From Octopus sinensis (taxonomy: Eukaryota), in assembly GCF_006345805.1 (NCBI RefSeq), contig NC_043001.1, positions 79,112,001 to 79,176,000 of the forward strand: DNA of 64,000 nt. The letters run 5' to 3'. The stretch's first letter is position 1; every line of letters begins with the position of its first letter. Made by a program: the position numbers and the translations under genes. Under the pieces are notes generated by a model. The model made no database searches. It was not told the origin of the DNA and saw nothing but the letters and a program-made list of their open reading frames with translations. Below, in pieces: positions 12,196-25,225 of the stretch.

Positions 12196-12544
12196 ACACA
12201 CACACGGATATACAAGCACGCATACGCACCCATGCGAGCGTATACAAACCCATTCACACACGTATAAAATGAAAGAAGAGCCCATGAGCTTACTGGAGAT
12301 GAAATATGTTGTAAGATGTTTGAAATTAGATTAATTCGTTAGCTTCTTGAAGAAATCTCTTGAAGTTATGGTATAATGGAGACTAAGCTCCTAAATTAAC
12401 TCTTACATCTAAAAGACTATAACCTCCTACCCCTTCTTTTCTTCTTCATATTACTCTTCTTTCTTTCTTTTACATCTTTCTCTTCTTTTCATTTTCATTT
12501 GTTCTCTTCTCCTTTTCGCCTTTTACTTTTCCGTCCTCTTCCTC

Positions 12545-13013
12545 CTTCTCCTTCTTCTTCTTCTTCTTCTTCTTCTTCTTCTTCTTCTTCTTCTTCTTCT
12601 TCTTCTTCTTCTTCTTCTTCTTCTTCTCTTCTTCTTCTTCTTCTTCTTCTTCTTCTTCTTCTTTTACTTCCCGCCCCTCCTACTCCTGTTTCTCCTCCAA
12701 CCCTTACTCTTACTACCTCTTTTGTGCCCTTAATCTGTGTGTATGTGTGAGTGTGTGTTTGTGTTTGTCAGTTTATATGCAAAAATATATACGTGTACTT
12801 TTCGCTGTACATTTTAATCACGTAAAAGCAGACAAACGCACACATATACACACACCTATACACACATACACGCACACAAAGACACAAGCACACACACTCA
12901 AAGAGATAGAGGGATATTGGCAGAGAGGTGGACCGAGCGAAAGACAGAGTGTGAAAAACAGCAGGATAGCTAGACAGACAGACAGATAGATAGTTAGATA
13001 AATAGATAGATAA

Positions 13014-13111
<98 letters not shown>

Positions 13112-13135
13112 CGATAGAGACAGACAGGCAGACAG
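12545..13135. repeat. (TTC)n array (12545-12662) and (GATA)n array (~12975-13135)
   Basis: Visible directly. Confidence 0.9.
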
Positions 13136-13704
13136 AAAGAGATGAAGTGAGAGAAAAAAGAGAGTGAGAGAAAGGAAGATTGAGAGAGGGAGAGAGTCCC
13201 ACGCATTCTTATTTCGTATATACCCTGTGGTCCTGTTTTCTTTTCATCCTGCATTTACGAAGAAATTTGTGAGATATGATTGACTCCTATGCACTATATT
13301 TCTATTCAAGTTTGTGATGATTTAATATTACAATTACTTTCCTAGTGATTTACAATTATATTCACGAAATAATATGTTATATCATTTCAACAATATCGCT
13401 ATAAGAACGATGTAAATAACTGCATAATAAAAGATGCATGTGCATCTTTCTTCGTTCTCCTGATATTTATTAATATTGTTATTTTTTCTACGGAAACAAT
13501 ACAGACTTATGAGGATATTCGGATTTACCAAGTGAGGAAAAACTGAGTAGAATAAATTTTAACTAACGTGAGTTGCGCAACACTCACTGTGACTAGCCGC
13601 CATTAAAAACCGGTTAGAATTCGCCAGGATTATATATCCCTCAAAAACCTTTTTTGGAAATACTTTGGAAATAACATTTTGGGAAATAACCAAGATGTAT
13701 CAAA

Positions 13705-14470
13705 ATTGATATCCCCTTCAACCTTGCAAGAAGGATTTGCATCATGGTATCCGAAACAATTACTTTAAAAAGTACTCCCGGACTGGCACTACCCAGCTCA
13801 ATTCATAAATGAAGCAATTAAACGCGCAAAATCGATTAATATTAAAGCATTAAGTAAAACCAAATACAATAACACATTTCCCATCAAAGAATTAACGTAT
13901 ATCTCGACATAAAACCACAGAAACAAAGAATCATTCAATATCATCGTCCAAAATCTTCCAATACTCTATAGGGACCCCACACTTAAGGAGATTCTATGTA
14001 ACCATTCAGAGCAGCAAAAAGCCTAAAACATTGAAGAACATTCTCACCAATGCCAAAGTACTCTCTAGAACAACGAACGCCAGAGTCGTAAAGTGTGGTC
14101 GCCCTCATTGCGGATCATGTCCCAATCTGTTGGAAGGATCGGAATTCCATTTCAGACAAGGACAAATATTCAAGTTCAAATCTAACTTCACTTGCGCCTC
14201 CCAAAACCCCATTTACATACTGCTGTCGAAAATATATTAGATCTACATGAAATTCGGTCCGAAAGAGATGTACGGTCCAGAGACAACAAATTTCCTACCC
14301 ACAATATCGCGAAATATGCCTCAGTCAACACATCGACGAATGTACAGAACGATTACGACCACAATTCAAAATTTTCCCATTTTGTCAACTTGCCACCTGG
14401 ACATCAACACGAGTAAGACCGAATAAAGAAGCCTCATTTATCCAAAAATATAAACCATAATTAAATACGA
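13705..14470 (+). pseudogene. Penelope-like element 3' fragment (RT thumb to GIY-YIG), decayed
   Basis: DIPFNLARRICIMVSE, YPAQFINEAIKRAK, KCGRPHCGSC...NFTCASQNPIYILL and EASFIQKYKP*LNT, read across frameshifts. Confidence 0.8.
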
Positions 14471-14666
14471 AATCAAATTAAAAATAAAGAACTTACCCCA
14501 AGCTAATGGTAGATGTAAGCCAGAATACAGCAGAGAACACACACACAACAAAAACATTAAATTAAATTACAGATTTACCTCCCCTGTACTGCAAAACAAA
14601 TGAATGAACAATTATCTTCCCTAGCAATATTTTTTCCCTAGCATTTTATCTTTTTCAGCTCTCAGT

Positions 14667-14690
14667 TTGATGAGCATAGCGAAACCGGTC
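14667..14690 (+). ncRNA. Degenerate minimal type I hammerhead motif in the PLE 3' region
   Basis: TTGATGA-GC(ATA)GC-GAAA-CCGG-TC, about 200 bp after the GIY-YIG end. Carries C3U, and stem I no longer pairs. Confidence 0.5.
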
Positions 14691-14802
14691 TTTACTTCAA
14701 TTACGTTGAAAGAACAAAACCTTATTGTGTACAAAAGTGTATAATATCTTTATTATCATGACTCTAATATACTCTTAAATCCTGTAAAACAAATCTTCTG
14801 TG

Positions 14803-15263
14803 AGCATAATTAAATCTCAGAATGAGATTGAAACAGTAATCGCTCGATAATGTAAAATATAGAAGCCATCTTATCATGGCTAACCACAGTGGGGAGGGGT
14901 GTTACTGTAGCTTTATAGCCCCAAGAGATCTTCGTCTCAAGCTGGCTTTAGACACAATATCAGTGTCCTTGGAGTATTTGCAAAGGGAGGCCATCCCTTC
15001 CTCGCAAGCCTGAGTGATACGCTCGAACTAGTTTCGGCATTGTTGTCCCTCGTCAACGGGCGGTAACCAGCTGATAGCGATGAAAGTGAAGGCTTCTTTG
15101 CAAATTATATATAAGTTTTTCTAATGGCGTCTGCCACTGATGTCGAAAAACGAACAGTAAGCATAATTAAATCTCAGAATGAGATTGAAACAGTAATCGC
15201 TCGATAATGTAAAGTATAGAGCCATCTTATCATGGCTAACCACATTGGGGAGGGGGTGTTACT
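14803..15263 (-). mobile_element. Retrozyme-like or pLTR-like 357-nt unit with 104-bp terminal direct repeats and an internal hammerhead motif
   Basis: Near-identical repeats at 14803-14906 and 15160-15263; hammerhead-like core at 15020-15062 on the minus strand. Confidence 0.55.
15020..15062 (-). ncRNA. Minimal type I hammerhead-like motif
   Basis: Minus strand reads CGCCCG-TTGACGA-GGGACAACAATGCC-GAAA-CTAG-TT-CGAGCG. Stem I pairs 5 of 6, loop CTAG is palindromic, and the core has C3U. Confidence 0.55.
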
Positions 15264-15301
15264 TTTATCTCTTTCTCTCTCGCTCTCTATCTCTCTCTCT
15301 G

Positions 15302-15337
<36 letters not shown>

Positions 15338-15859
15338 TATATATATATATGCACACACACATATATATATCAATATATATATGTGTGTGTTTGTATATAA
15401 ATGTGTGTGTTTGTGTCTGTGATCGACCGCACGTGCTCAATGTTGGGGTTCAGCTTGTTCGATGGTTCACAGTGGTATAACGCTTTGGTGAAGAATCCCC
15501 CATAGCATTGGGTTTTAAAAGACCAGACTCTCACAGATATGCCAAACGACTCAGACCAATCCCATTCAGGAATGTTGGATAACGATATTGTGATCGGTGG
15601 GGGTGGAACGACTTGTCTAGTTTGTCTATGTTTTTCAAGCGTTTGCACATCGGGTGCTATGAGGTAGTCACTGCTATGCCGCAGTTAAGCAGCAAACAAG
15701 AAGAACACACAGATCGAGTATGTGGGGTTGATAATGTTTACAACACTAGCTCTGATTTTAAATCCTAATTGAGTTATAACTGGATGTTGAAACACTTAAT
15801 GAATCGCTCAGGCCTTTATTACGGTCTATCACTGGATGAGATGTCACAAGCTACAGAGA

Positions 15860-16995
15860 TTCTGCATAATCATAAATATGGGTTAGTGGTTGCAAGACTT
15901 CTTAAAAGACAGAAGCTAGTCATTGGCAATGTGACAGCCAAAGGGGCCCTTTCCAAGGAGAGAGTAGTAGAGACTACTGTCCCTCAGGGAACAATATTGG
16001 GGACGCTGCTGTTGATAGTGTCTCTTTCAGACGAGACATCAGTTACACAGACATCCACACTAACTAACTCGTCTGACGACACAAAAGCAGTACGAGCAGT
16101 CAAGGAACCTTATGATGCTAATTTTCTAGACAAAGACCTCGATGCCATATATAAATGGTACTGGAGAAAGCAACATGCAATTTAATGCTGGTAAATTCCA
16201 AACCCTCCGCTACCAGCTACCAGTCAATTGGTGCTGAGAAGCTGAAACAATCATAATGTAGAACAAAAGAGACGGCAATTCCAGAGTCACGTACAGTGTG
16301 TAATCTGGGAAGTGATATGAGCAACGTTGCCTCGTTTCACGTACACATAACCAAGACGGTGACAGTGTGACGGCTAGTGGCCGTATGGATTCTGAGAAGC
16401 TATACTGGCTTTATATAGGACATTTGAACACAGGCGTCTGGACTACTGTCCTCAACTGTGGTCACCTTATAGTGTCAAATTAATAGAAGAATTTGTGGCA
16501 GTTCAGCGGTGCAGTACCAGAAAGAGTGCATCAATAGAACAACTGAACTACTTGGAGAGACTGATAGAGCTACAACTTTACTCTTTGGAGCGAACACCAG
16601 AGTGGTATGCAGTGATATATGTATGGAAGATCCTGGAGAGGCCGGCACAAAACTTTGGTATCACGAGCTATGCCAGCCTTCAACTGAATGTCACATTATT
16701 GTTCCAAAGGTCCCAGCTATTCCGTCTTGTTATTCAAGGGCCCACAGTTGTTTCATGCCTTTGCCAAAGCATCTGAGGGAAGTTCATGGTGCAGAAGTAG
16801 ATGTTTTCAAAACACAACTTGACCTACTGTTATTCAAGATCCTTGATGAATTTATATCAAGCAGGAAACTCAAAAGATGGCAGCAGTGTCGAAGTCGCTC
16901 CCTCACCAAATCCAAGCACATAAGATTTGTCATTGACAAGGTTACGCTGGTGGTGCTCCATCCGACATGGACGCCGCGTGATGGCTAAAACGTAT
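15860..16995 (+). pseudogene. CR1-type LINE, decayed RT and 3' end
   Basis: VPQGTILGTLL, SDDTK (F/YADD equivalent), LDKDLDAIYKW, MQFNAGKFQTLRY, LDYCPQLWSPY, LYSLER, VIYVWKILE and LPKHLREVHGAEVDVFKTQLD in shifting frames. Confidence 0.85.
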
Positions 16996-17036
16996 GAAAG
17001 AATGAAATCATATATATAAATATATATATATATATA

Positions 17037-17886
17037 CGAGGTCTGATGAATAAGCATCCGGACTGTTGCTATGGTAACGAAGCTAAAGCACGCGAAGTAA
17101 AGCCGCTTGGCACACATGATCTTCAACTCTGCTGTGCAAGACGTGCTTGCAAAGAAGGTGTGTAGCGTGTGATCGTCGCATTGACCATGACAGAGACAGT
17201 TGCCATAGCAATACCTGCTCACAGGCCTACGCAAAGTTGCAGAAAGTGTATGTAGAGGAATGCATAAGCTGCACACAAGTGTACGAGTGTTTCAGACGCT
17301 CTCAAGACGGTCGAAAAAATTTCGATAGTGAAGAACGTTCTGGAAGACCCACAACCAGCAGAACTAAGAAAAACATCACAGATGTGCGTGCAGCTGTGAG
17401 GGAAAATCGTCAAATCACCATCAATGAGTTATCAGAGGAAGTGCAAATTAGTTACGGCTCACTTCAGTCCATTATCAATGAAGATTTGGGTATGAGATCC
17501 GTGTGTCCCAAATTTGTGCCGAAACTGCTTTCAGTTGACCAAATAGACACTTGGGTTTCAGTGGCACATGATCGCTTGATTGTGTAGAGATCGATGAAAA
17601 CTTTTTGAAAAATTTGCGTAGGCCTCTGAGCAGGCATCGCCAAGCTTCCAGCAAAATTTGATGCAAATTCTCTGCTCAACTTTCTCTGTCATGATCAATG
17701 CGACAAGTACATGCTGCACGCGTTTCTTCCAAGCACGGGTGTAAACAGCTGAAGTGAATTAGAATTTTAAAAATGAAAGCGTATGCACAGCAGAGTTCAA
17801 GGTCAATTTATGCCAAGCGGTTACACTCTCCGTGCTTTAACTTCATTACTCTGGCAACAGTCTGGATAATTATTGATCACACCACG
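17037..17886 (+). mobile_element. Internally deleted mariner transposon (850 bp) with TIRs and TA TSD
   Basis: Left end TA|CGAGGTCTGATGAATAAGCATCCGGACTGTTGC and right end GCAACAGTCTGGATAATTATTGATCACACCACG|TA. ORF 17147-17587 encodes the HTH region, RSGRP and the FVPKLL linker. The DDD domain is missing. Confidence 0.9.
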
Positions 17887-17889
17887 TAT

Positions 17890-19130
17890 ATAAATATATA
17901 CTCGTGGTGCCAATATCATTGACATTCTGAAAAATATTTCTGATAACGATTTCATTGATATACTGTCTCAACCCTGTTATAAAATATTTTGCTATATAGT
18001 CTTTTAATGCTTTTTCAACTAGGCATTTTTTAAGGGAAATTCTTTGATGTTTTAAAAACTTTTTGGAAGCTATGAATAGGAGTATTCAGTTTTTTCCTCG
18101 TCTTTAGTTGTTAGTAATTATCTACCTTTTCGTAATTGGTCTTATCTTTTAGTTAATATCATATAGCAGTTTTTTAGTGTTCAACATTCATGATAATTAC
18201 AGCTCTTCCCTTAATTATAATGTCATAATTTTTTTGAGCTCTTGTATAAATTTTCATTCCTTTCAACTAGTATCTGGATTTAAGTTTGGGGTTTTTGAAT
18301 GTTTTTTTATGGGAAGGTGGATGAAAAAATCTCAAAATTTATACAATACTTCATTCCTAACTTTCGTAGGTTTGTAACTGCTTGCTTCTTACAACTGATA
18401 CCTGCCTATTTTCCTTATCAGATAATTCTTCTGCTTGGCGCAATTTTCTGTGAAATATTGTCCTGTATTTCATTACAGTTACAGGATTTTGTTATTGGTG
18501 AAAAAGTTTAGGTGTTTTGAGAGACTATCAATTTCTTGTACTGAAATATTTCTATTTTTGTGTGTAGGTTCATTAACTTTGATCTTTCGGCTTCGGTTTG
18601 TACCGCCAGGTCTCGAGAATTGTGTCAGCAAGGTCTAAAACACGATCTTTCAAATTAGTCCTTATATTTATGCATCCATTGATAATTTCTGTATTATTAT
18701 TATATCTTTTGTAGTGATTGTGTACATTTGTTGGTCTGGATTTTGGTTGTCTGTCTTTGTAATTGTTTACCATTTTTGTTATATTGGCTGTGTATTTTGT
18801 AGACTCGGTTCCGGAAAAAATTGCAGTCTAGAAGGAGTTAAAACTTAGATAATTTTCGTTTGATTATTTTACTTCCAGAGTATTCTGGAATGGTTCTTAT
18901 GGATTTGGTGAATATAACTCACTTTTTGCTAATTGTTTAGTCGTTTCAGAATGAAATTTTTGAATTTTGATTTTTTTCAGGAATGGGTTATCTGTACTAT
19001 ATTCGTTTTTGAAATTAAATTTGTAAGTGGTGAACCAAAGAGCACTTCTCGTCTATTGTTGAGGAGATGTTAAATCTTCCTTTTTCCACTTCTCTTTCTC
19101 TAAACTTTGATTGTATTTTCCTGAAGTAGG
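17890..19130 (-). pseudogene. Penelope-like element, N-terminal half of the ORF, heavily decayed
   Basis: Minus strand near 18170-18213 gives KGRAVIIMNVEH*KTA, the ADKG.AVVIM motif at the start of PLE RT, in A-rich coding-like sequence. Confidence 0.55.
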
Positions 19131-19589
19131 CCTTCACATATGCTTCAAATGTCTATTTTTGCATTTGTGCTCACACAACTATATATATATATATATATAT
19201 ATGCGTGTGTGTGTGTGTGTGTATGTGTATGCGTCTGTGTCATTGTGTGTGTGTATTTTGTACGTGTTATTGTGTTTGTGTGTGTGTGTGTGTGTGTTTA
19301 TGTGTTGTGTGCGTATCTGTGCGTGTGTATGTGTATACAAGTGTGTGTGTGTATATGTGTGTTTGTGCATGTGTGATCTTCGCATCTATATACCCCAACA
19401 CCGCTTGACAACCGGTGTTGATGTTTTTACCTTAACATCGGCTGTCAACCGATTCGGTAATAGGTAATAATAGAGGGACGGACTTGAAACAAAAACAAAA
19501 AAGCAAGTACTAGAGTCAATTTGTTTGACTAAGTTTCGTCAAGGTGGTGCCCCTTTATGGCCGTAATCTAATGACTGAATCAAGGAAAA

Positions 19590-19830
19590 GGAAGCAGATA
19601 AGGGAAGAGCTGTAAATATCACGGATGTTGAACACTACAAAACTGCTATAAGAACTAAACTAATAGACAAGACCTATTACGAAAAGGTAGATAATTACCA
19701 ACAACTAAAGACGATGAAAACAGAGAACACTCCCATTTATAGCTACCAAAAAATCTTTAAAATTCAAAGAATTCTACTTAAAACAATGCCTAGTTGATTC
19801 AATCTCTATAAAATTCAATTTCTATAAACT
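19590..19830 (+). pseudogene. Diverged inverted copy of the same PLE RT N-terminal segment
   Basis: EADKGRAVNITDVEHYKTAIR...TYYEKVDNYQQLK; roughly 75-80% identical by eye to the reverse complement of ~17990-18213. Confidence 0.6.
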
Positions 19831-20385
19831 GCTTACGTCAATTTTCAGCTTTCCGTCCGGAAATATTACTATCTTGAAAGCGTTCAATGACTTCGCATCA
19901 AACACTAGGCATGTTATATGTAATATAATCACAAATAACGTAGATATTAGTAAACAAAAACTGGATTCACACTGGGAATTGAACTCGTGTTGCTGAGTTT
20001 CAAGTAATGTCAAGTTATAGATATTTGTGTTTGTAGGAACTTGACTTCTTCAGTACACATATAAACACACACACACACACACACACACGCATACACACAC
20101 ACACACACATATACGCATATATAAACATGTATACGTGCGTATATATACATATGTTCACATATACATATATATATATATATATAGTTATTTCTGTATCTAC
20201 ATATAAATATGCATAAATAAATATATATGTACACATATACATATATATAAATGAATAAATATTTGGATATGCAATAGATATATATATATCTGTATACACA
20301 CACACACGCACACTATTATATATATAATTATGTATTTATATATATGTATATATTTATATTTATATATATTTGTATATCTATAGAC

Positions 20386-20428
<43 letters not shown>

Positions 20429-20433
20429 GCATG

Positions 20434-20477
<44 letters not shown>

Positions 20478-21731
20478 ATATAAATACAAGTATGCATGCA
20501 TGCATAAATGTGTACATACATACATACATCATACATACAAACAAACATACCTACCTACCTACATACATACGTACATACATACAGACATACATGCATACAT
20601 ACACACAGACATGCTGCGCTTGCGTAAATTTCTTCTCTCCATTAATATCATATATGTCTTTCTTTCAAAGTCCGTCCGTTCACTTTGGCTCACGAACACT
20701 AACCACCCTACTGTATACCTCAGCTGATTTGCACTATTTACATTTTAGCGATGCTGCCATTTTTATGTATATTTTATCTCTAGATGATAATTAATCATAA
20801 TAATAAGAGACATCTATTTTTTTCCTATGTATTGCTTTCTCTTTTTGAAGTCGAATTATTGTTAGTTCGTATTTGCCATTGTTTTCTCTGTATTTTACGT
20901 TTATAAACACTCAATACTCTTGTCCGTTTGTGTTTGTTATTTTTTTCTTTTCGATAATGAATCAGCAATCAAATTGATTTTATATATATTTTTATTTATT
21001 TGTAAATAGAAATATACTGAATTACCCAATCAAAATAATATGCTCCCTTGTGAATGAATTATATCTCTTTTTTTCTTTTCCACCCGAAAGAAATGAGTGA
21101 ATAAAGCTGTTGTTAATAGAATGACTGATCACCTCGTGAAATTATTTTTGCTGAGCGTTGAAACTCTTTCGTTGAAAATTTCCAAATCTGTTAAAATTTA
21201 AAATCTGTTTTCTATTTTCTTCTTGTAATATATATTTGCGTGTCAGTGTGCGTGTGCGTGTGCGCACGTGTGTGTGTGTATGTGTGGTGAGTGTATTCTA
21301 ATTTAATTTATCAACTAGGACATTTTACATTTAAAATCTATTTAAACATGATTGGGCTGATATTATTTATTTCTTCTGGACATAAAATGGGGTAATTAAT
21401 ACGTTATACTAGTTCAACTAGTATTACGTATTACATTTTATCTTTTATTTATTCAAGTCATTTACCGGCATCTATCCGGCCATGCTAGGGCACTAGATAT
21501 CAGGTTTTAGTCGGTCAAATCTGCCCCTGTACTTAATATTATAGCGAGTGGTAATGCTTCCATCTATTCCTTTATGGAACCGCTAAGTTAAGGGGACATA
21601 AACAAGCCAATAAGAGTTGTCATGCGGTGTAGAGGTCCAGCACAAGCACAAAGACATATACAAATTACCATCCATGCACCTGCCCATCGTTCCGTCCATC
21701 CATCCATCCATCCATCCATCCATCCATCCAT

Positions 21732-21770
<39 letters not shown>

Positions 21771-21854
21771 TCCTTCTATACATCTGCCTATCCAATCATC
21801 CGTCCAACCAATCATACATACGCGGGTGTGTGTGTGTGTGTGTATCTTTTATCT

Positions 21855-22170
21855 GTTATCTTTTACTTGTATCACTCTTTAGACTGAGCCCAAGGTGGAG
21901 TACCGCACTGAAGAGAAGAATTTTAGTTCAACGAATCGACCCAAGTATTATTTGGTCATCTACTTTGCCGCAAATACGCCAACGACGGTTGTCGAGTTGT
22001 GGTGGTGGACAAACACAGACGCAAATAAACACACACATACACACACACACATATAGATATTTACGACGAGCTTCTATCAGTTTCAGCTTACCAAATCCAC
22101 TCACAAATGCCACACAGTGGGACTGAACCCGAAACCAAGTGATTAGGAAGCACATGCCTCCACAGTGTAT
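21855..22170 (-). mobile_element. SINE family B copy, diverged
   Basis: GGTGGAGTACCGC tail remnant, GGTTGTCGAG..GGACAAACAC, internal CA tract, GGGACTGAACCC head. Confidence 0.65.
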
Positions 22171-22275
22171 ATATGAGTTTTCTTTTATTTTCCAAATTTT
22201 AGGCGAAACTTAACCTTTATTTCGTTTTGGATTTGGTTTGCAAGATTCTTTATATGAGTTCCTGTGTTGAAGCAT

Positions 22276-22493
22276 ATTCTGTTGTGTCTGGGGTAAGTCA
22301 TTCTCTTTTAGTGCCTTATTATTTAACACACTCACCGGTAAAATTTCCACTTATTTCTTATTTTTATTTTCTAAAATTTTCGTTGCGTCTTGCATGCTTT
22401 CCAATAGTCTTGACTATAGTGGAAATTTTACCGGTGAGTGTGTTAAATATTAAGGCACTAAAAGAGAATGACTCTCCCCAGACACAACAGAAT
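22276..22493. repeat. 76-bp inverted repeat (3 mismatches) with a 66-nt spacer
   Basis: 22276-22351 is the reverse complement of 22418-22493. Confidence 0.9.
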
Positions 22494-22593
22494 TAACCTT
22501 TATTCTTTTATTCTTTTATCTATTCCAGCCATTTGATTGCGGCCATACTTCATACTCGAACACAAACACAAAGGAGAGTATATCCACTAAGAG

Positions 22594-22823
22594 GCGGCGA
22601 GCTGGCAGAAACGTTAGCGCGCCGGGCGAAATGCTTGGTGGTATTTCGTCTGCCGTTACGTTCTGAGTTCAGATTCTGCCGAGGTCGACTTTGCCTTTCA
22701 TCCTTTCGGGGTCGATAAATTAAGTACCAGTTACGCACTGGGGTCGATATAATCGACTTAATCTGTTTGCCTGTCCTTGTTTGTCCCCTCTGTGTGTAGC
22801 CCCTTGTGGATAGTAAAGAAATA
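22594..22823 (+). mobile_element. SINE A1, full-length, with a 15-bp TSD
   Basis: TATATCCACTAAGAG at 22579-22593 and 22824-22838. Confidence 0.92.
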
Positions 22824-23166
22824 TATATCCACTAAGAGTTTTTTCCTATGTTCAAAAATCCCCCCACCCACTTTTTCCGTGACAAGGTCAGAGTTTGGAA
22901 TCTTTTAAACAGATGGATGACATATCATTTAACCGAATTAGCCCTTCATTTACTCCCCAAATGTCTTGCCACTAATGCTGCATTTGGCCGTATCACACGA
23001 TTCAACTTAACTGCAGCATATACAAAAACTATGCCATTTAAATCCCGAGCAGTGCCTGGATTTCCTATTTTATATGTCATACATACATATACATACATAC
23101 ATATATATATATAATATATTAAATATATATATATATATATTATATATATAGATAATTATATTAATC

Positions 23167-23197
<31 letters not shown>

Positions 23198-24839
23198 TAA
23201 TATATATATATTACTCAATCAGATTCCAACTTAGTCTCATGTTGATGTTTTATTATTTTCAATTTTTACAATTTTACAATATAGAAATAAACTAGTACTT
23301 TCATGCGTTACTTAAACATCAAGTTTATGTAGGGGCAGTCATGTTCTACAAGTGAAAACTGTGGGCCAAGACTGTCACTACATAAAGATGATTGTGTAAC
23401 GTATGAAGTGCGATTTAATTTCAATATTGTAAAATTGTTACAATTGCAGATAATAGAACGTGAAAATCAGAGTTGGAATTTCATTGATCGACTTATTCTT
23501 CTATACACAGTCATACAAACTCACATATATGTCTACACACACACATACATACATGTATATATGGTGGGGTACATAAACATAATAGATTTATCTAAACAAT
23601 AGTCACACACACTTATATATGTATATATATGCATACACACACATATATATACATACATGCATATATGAATATATGCATGCAAATATATATGTTGCTTTCA
23701 ATTCTATGAGTGATATTCGTCATACGCCTCATAGAGTAATGTTATTCATGTTTGCACACGCATATACACATGTGTACACTGAGGCATACATACATGACAG
23801 AGATAGATAGATAGATAGATGGATAGATAGATAGTAGATGGATATATATATATATATATATATCTTCTAAGTACGCGTTTACAGAGAAGGTTTTTGTGTA
23901 TGCATATAAAGCTCCGGTTTTATGCCGGCTACAACCAAATGATGCCAAGTAGCAATAGCAGTTTTATGAGATTGCACCAAACTATGTCGCTATAATGTAG
24001 GATAAATATGGTAATAATGATAATAATAATCCATTATAATAATCGTAAGAAACATATTAATTGTAGAAATGCGCGTAGTGATGCATCAAAACATTTAGAA
24101 ATTTCATCCGTGGATTATTATTTTTATAATTATTATTATTAATAAAGTGTGTGTGTGTTTACATGTACGTACAAATGTACATGCATACGATGCATACGCG
24201 TGCAGAGATATGGATGAGGTGGGAAACAAAGAGATACTAAGATCTCGTGGTATATTTGTATGGAAATTACAAAGAGATACTATTGTCTGAAACCGGCAAA
24301 AGGACTCATTGAGGAAAATAGAGTTTTGCATAGGTGTAATTAAAACGGGATATTAGAAGTGCACTTTCTATAACCTATGAAAGGTGAACGACAAAATCGT
24401 TCCCAGCGGAATTTTACTCTTAATAATCTAAAAGAGCGTTACTAAATGCTGCAATGATGTTGTTGTTGTGGTTACTCCGAAAGGGGAAGGGATAAATTTG
24501 CAGAATGTTTTTAATTGGAATTGACTTAAGATTTGAAATATCCACGGAGAAGTCGACCATGAAGTGTTTACCCCAGGGGCATATTTTGTAGAAATTGTTT
24601 ACATTCCATTGAAATTACGTTTCAACGTCGAAAATGCTGATCTGAGGGAACGGATTATGCCGCATCATATCTTCTGGTGCTCTGCTGGTAATGTCATCTA
24701 CTGTATATGTACAATTATGCGTAAGTGTAGCATTGAGGAAGAAGAAAACTTTCGTATACATAATCCTCTTTTCTTGACTGGTATATGATTTCTCAAACCT
24801 TGGATGAAAGAAATTAGAAATTTGATTCTGCCATACTTG

Positions 24840-25225
24840 TGAAGTTTAGAATCCTGCTATGCAACTATATGGTTTGAACTGAGTTCCACAGTGTAGTATC
24901 TTGGTCAAGAACATGTACTATAATTCCATAGAGACATAAATGCAGGAAAGCATGTAGTATGCATGTGTTTATGTGTTTGTGTGCGTGTGTATGTGTGTGC
25001 GTCTGCATTTTTGTATCTATGTTTTTTTCTCCCAACAATACGTGACAACCAGAGTTGGTTTGTTTACATCCCCTTTGTTATGCTTTACGCCAAAAGGTCC
25101 AATAGAATAAGCAGTAGACTTTAAAAGAGTGTAATTACTAGGGTCGAGCTGTTCGACTAAATCACATCAAGGCCGTGCTCCAGCACAGCCACAATACAAT
25201 GACTGAAATATGTAAATGATAAAAG
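24840..25225 (+). mobile_element. SINE family B copy, diverged
   Basis: Decayed head, internal GT tract, TGACAACCAG, and tail GGCCGTGCTCCAGCACAGCCACAATACAATGACTGAAA. Confidence 0.6.

Noticed and set aside
15430-15720. Possible LTR or gag fragment
   Set aside because: No TG..CA termini, PBS, second copy or recognisable motif; left unassigned.
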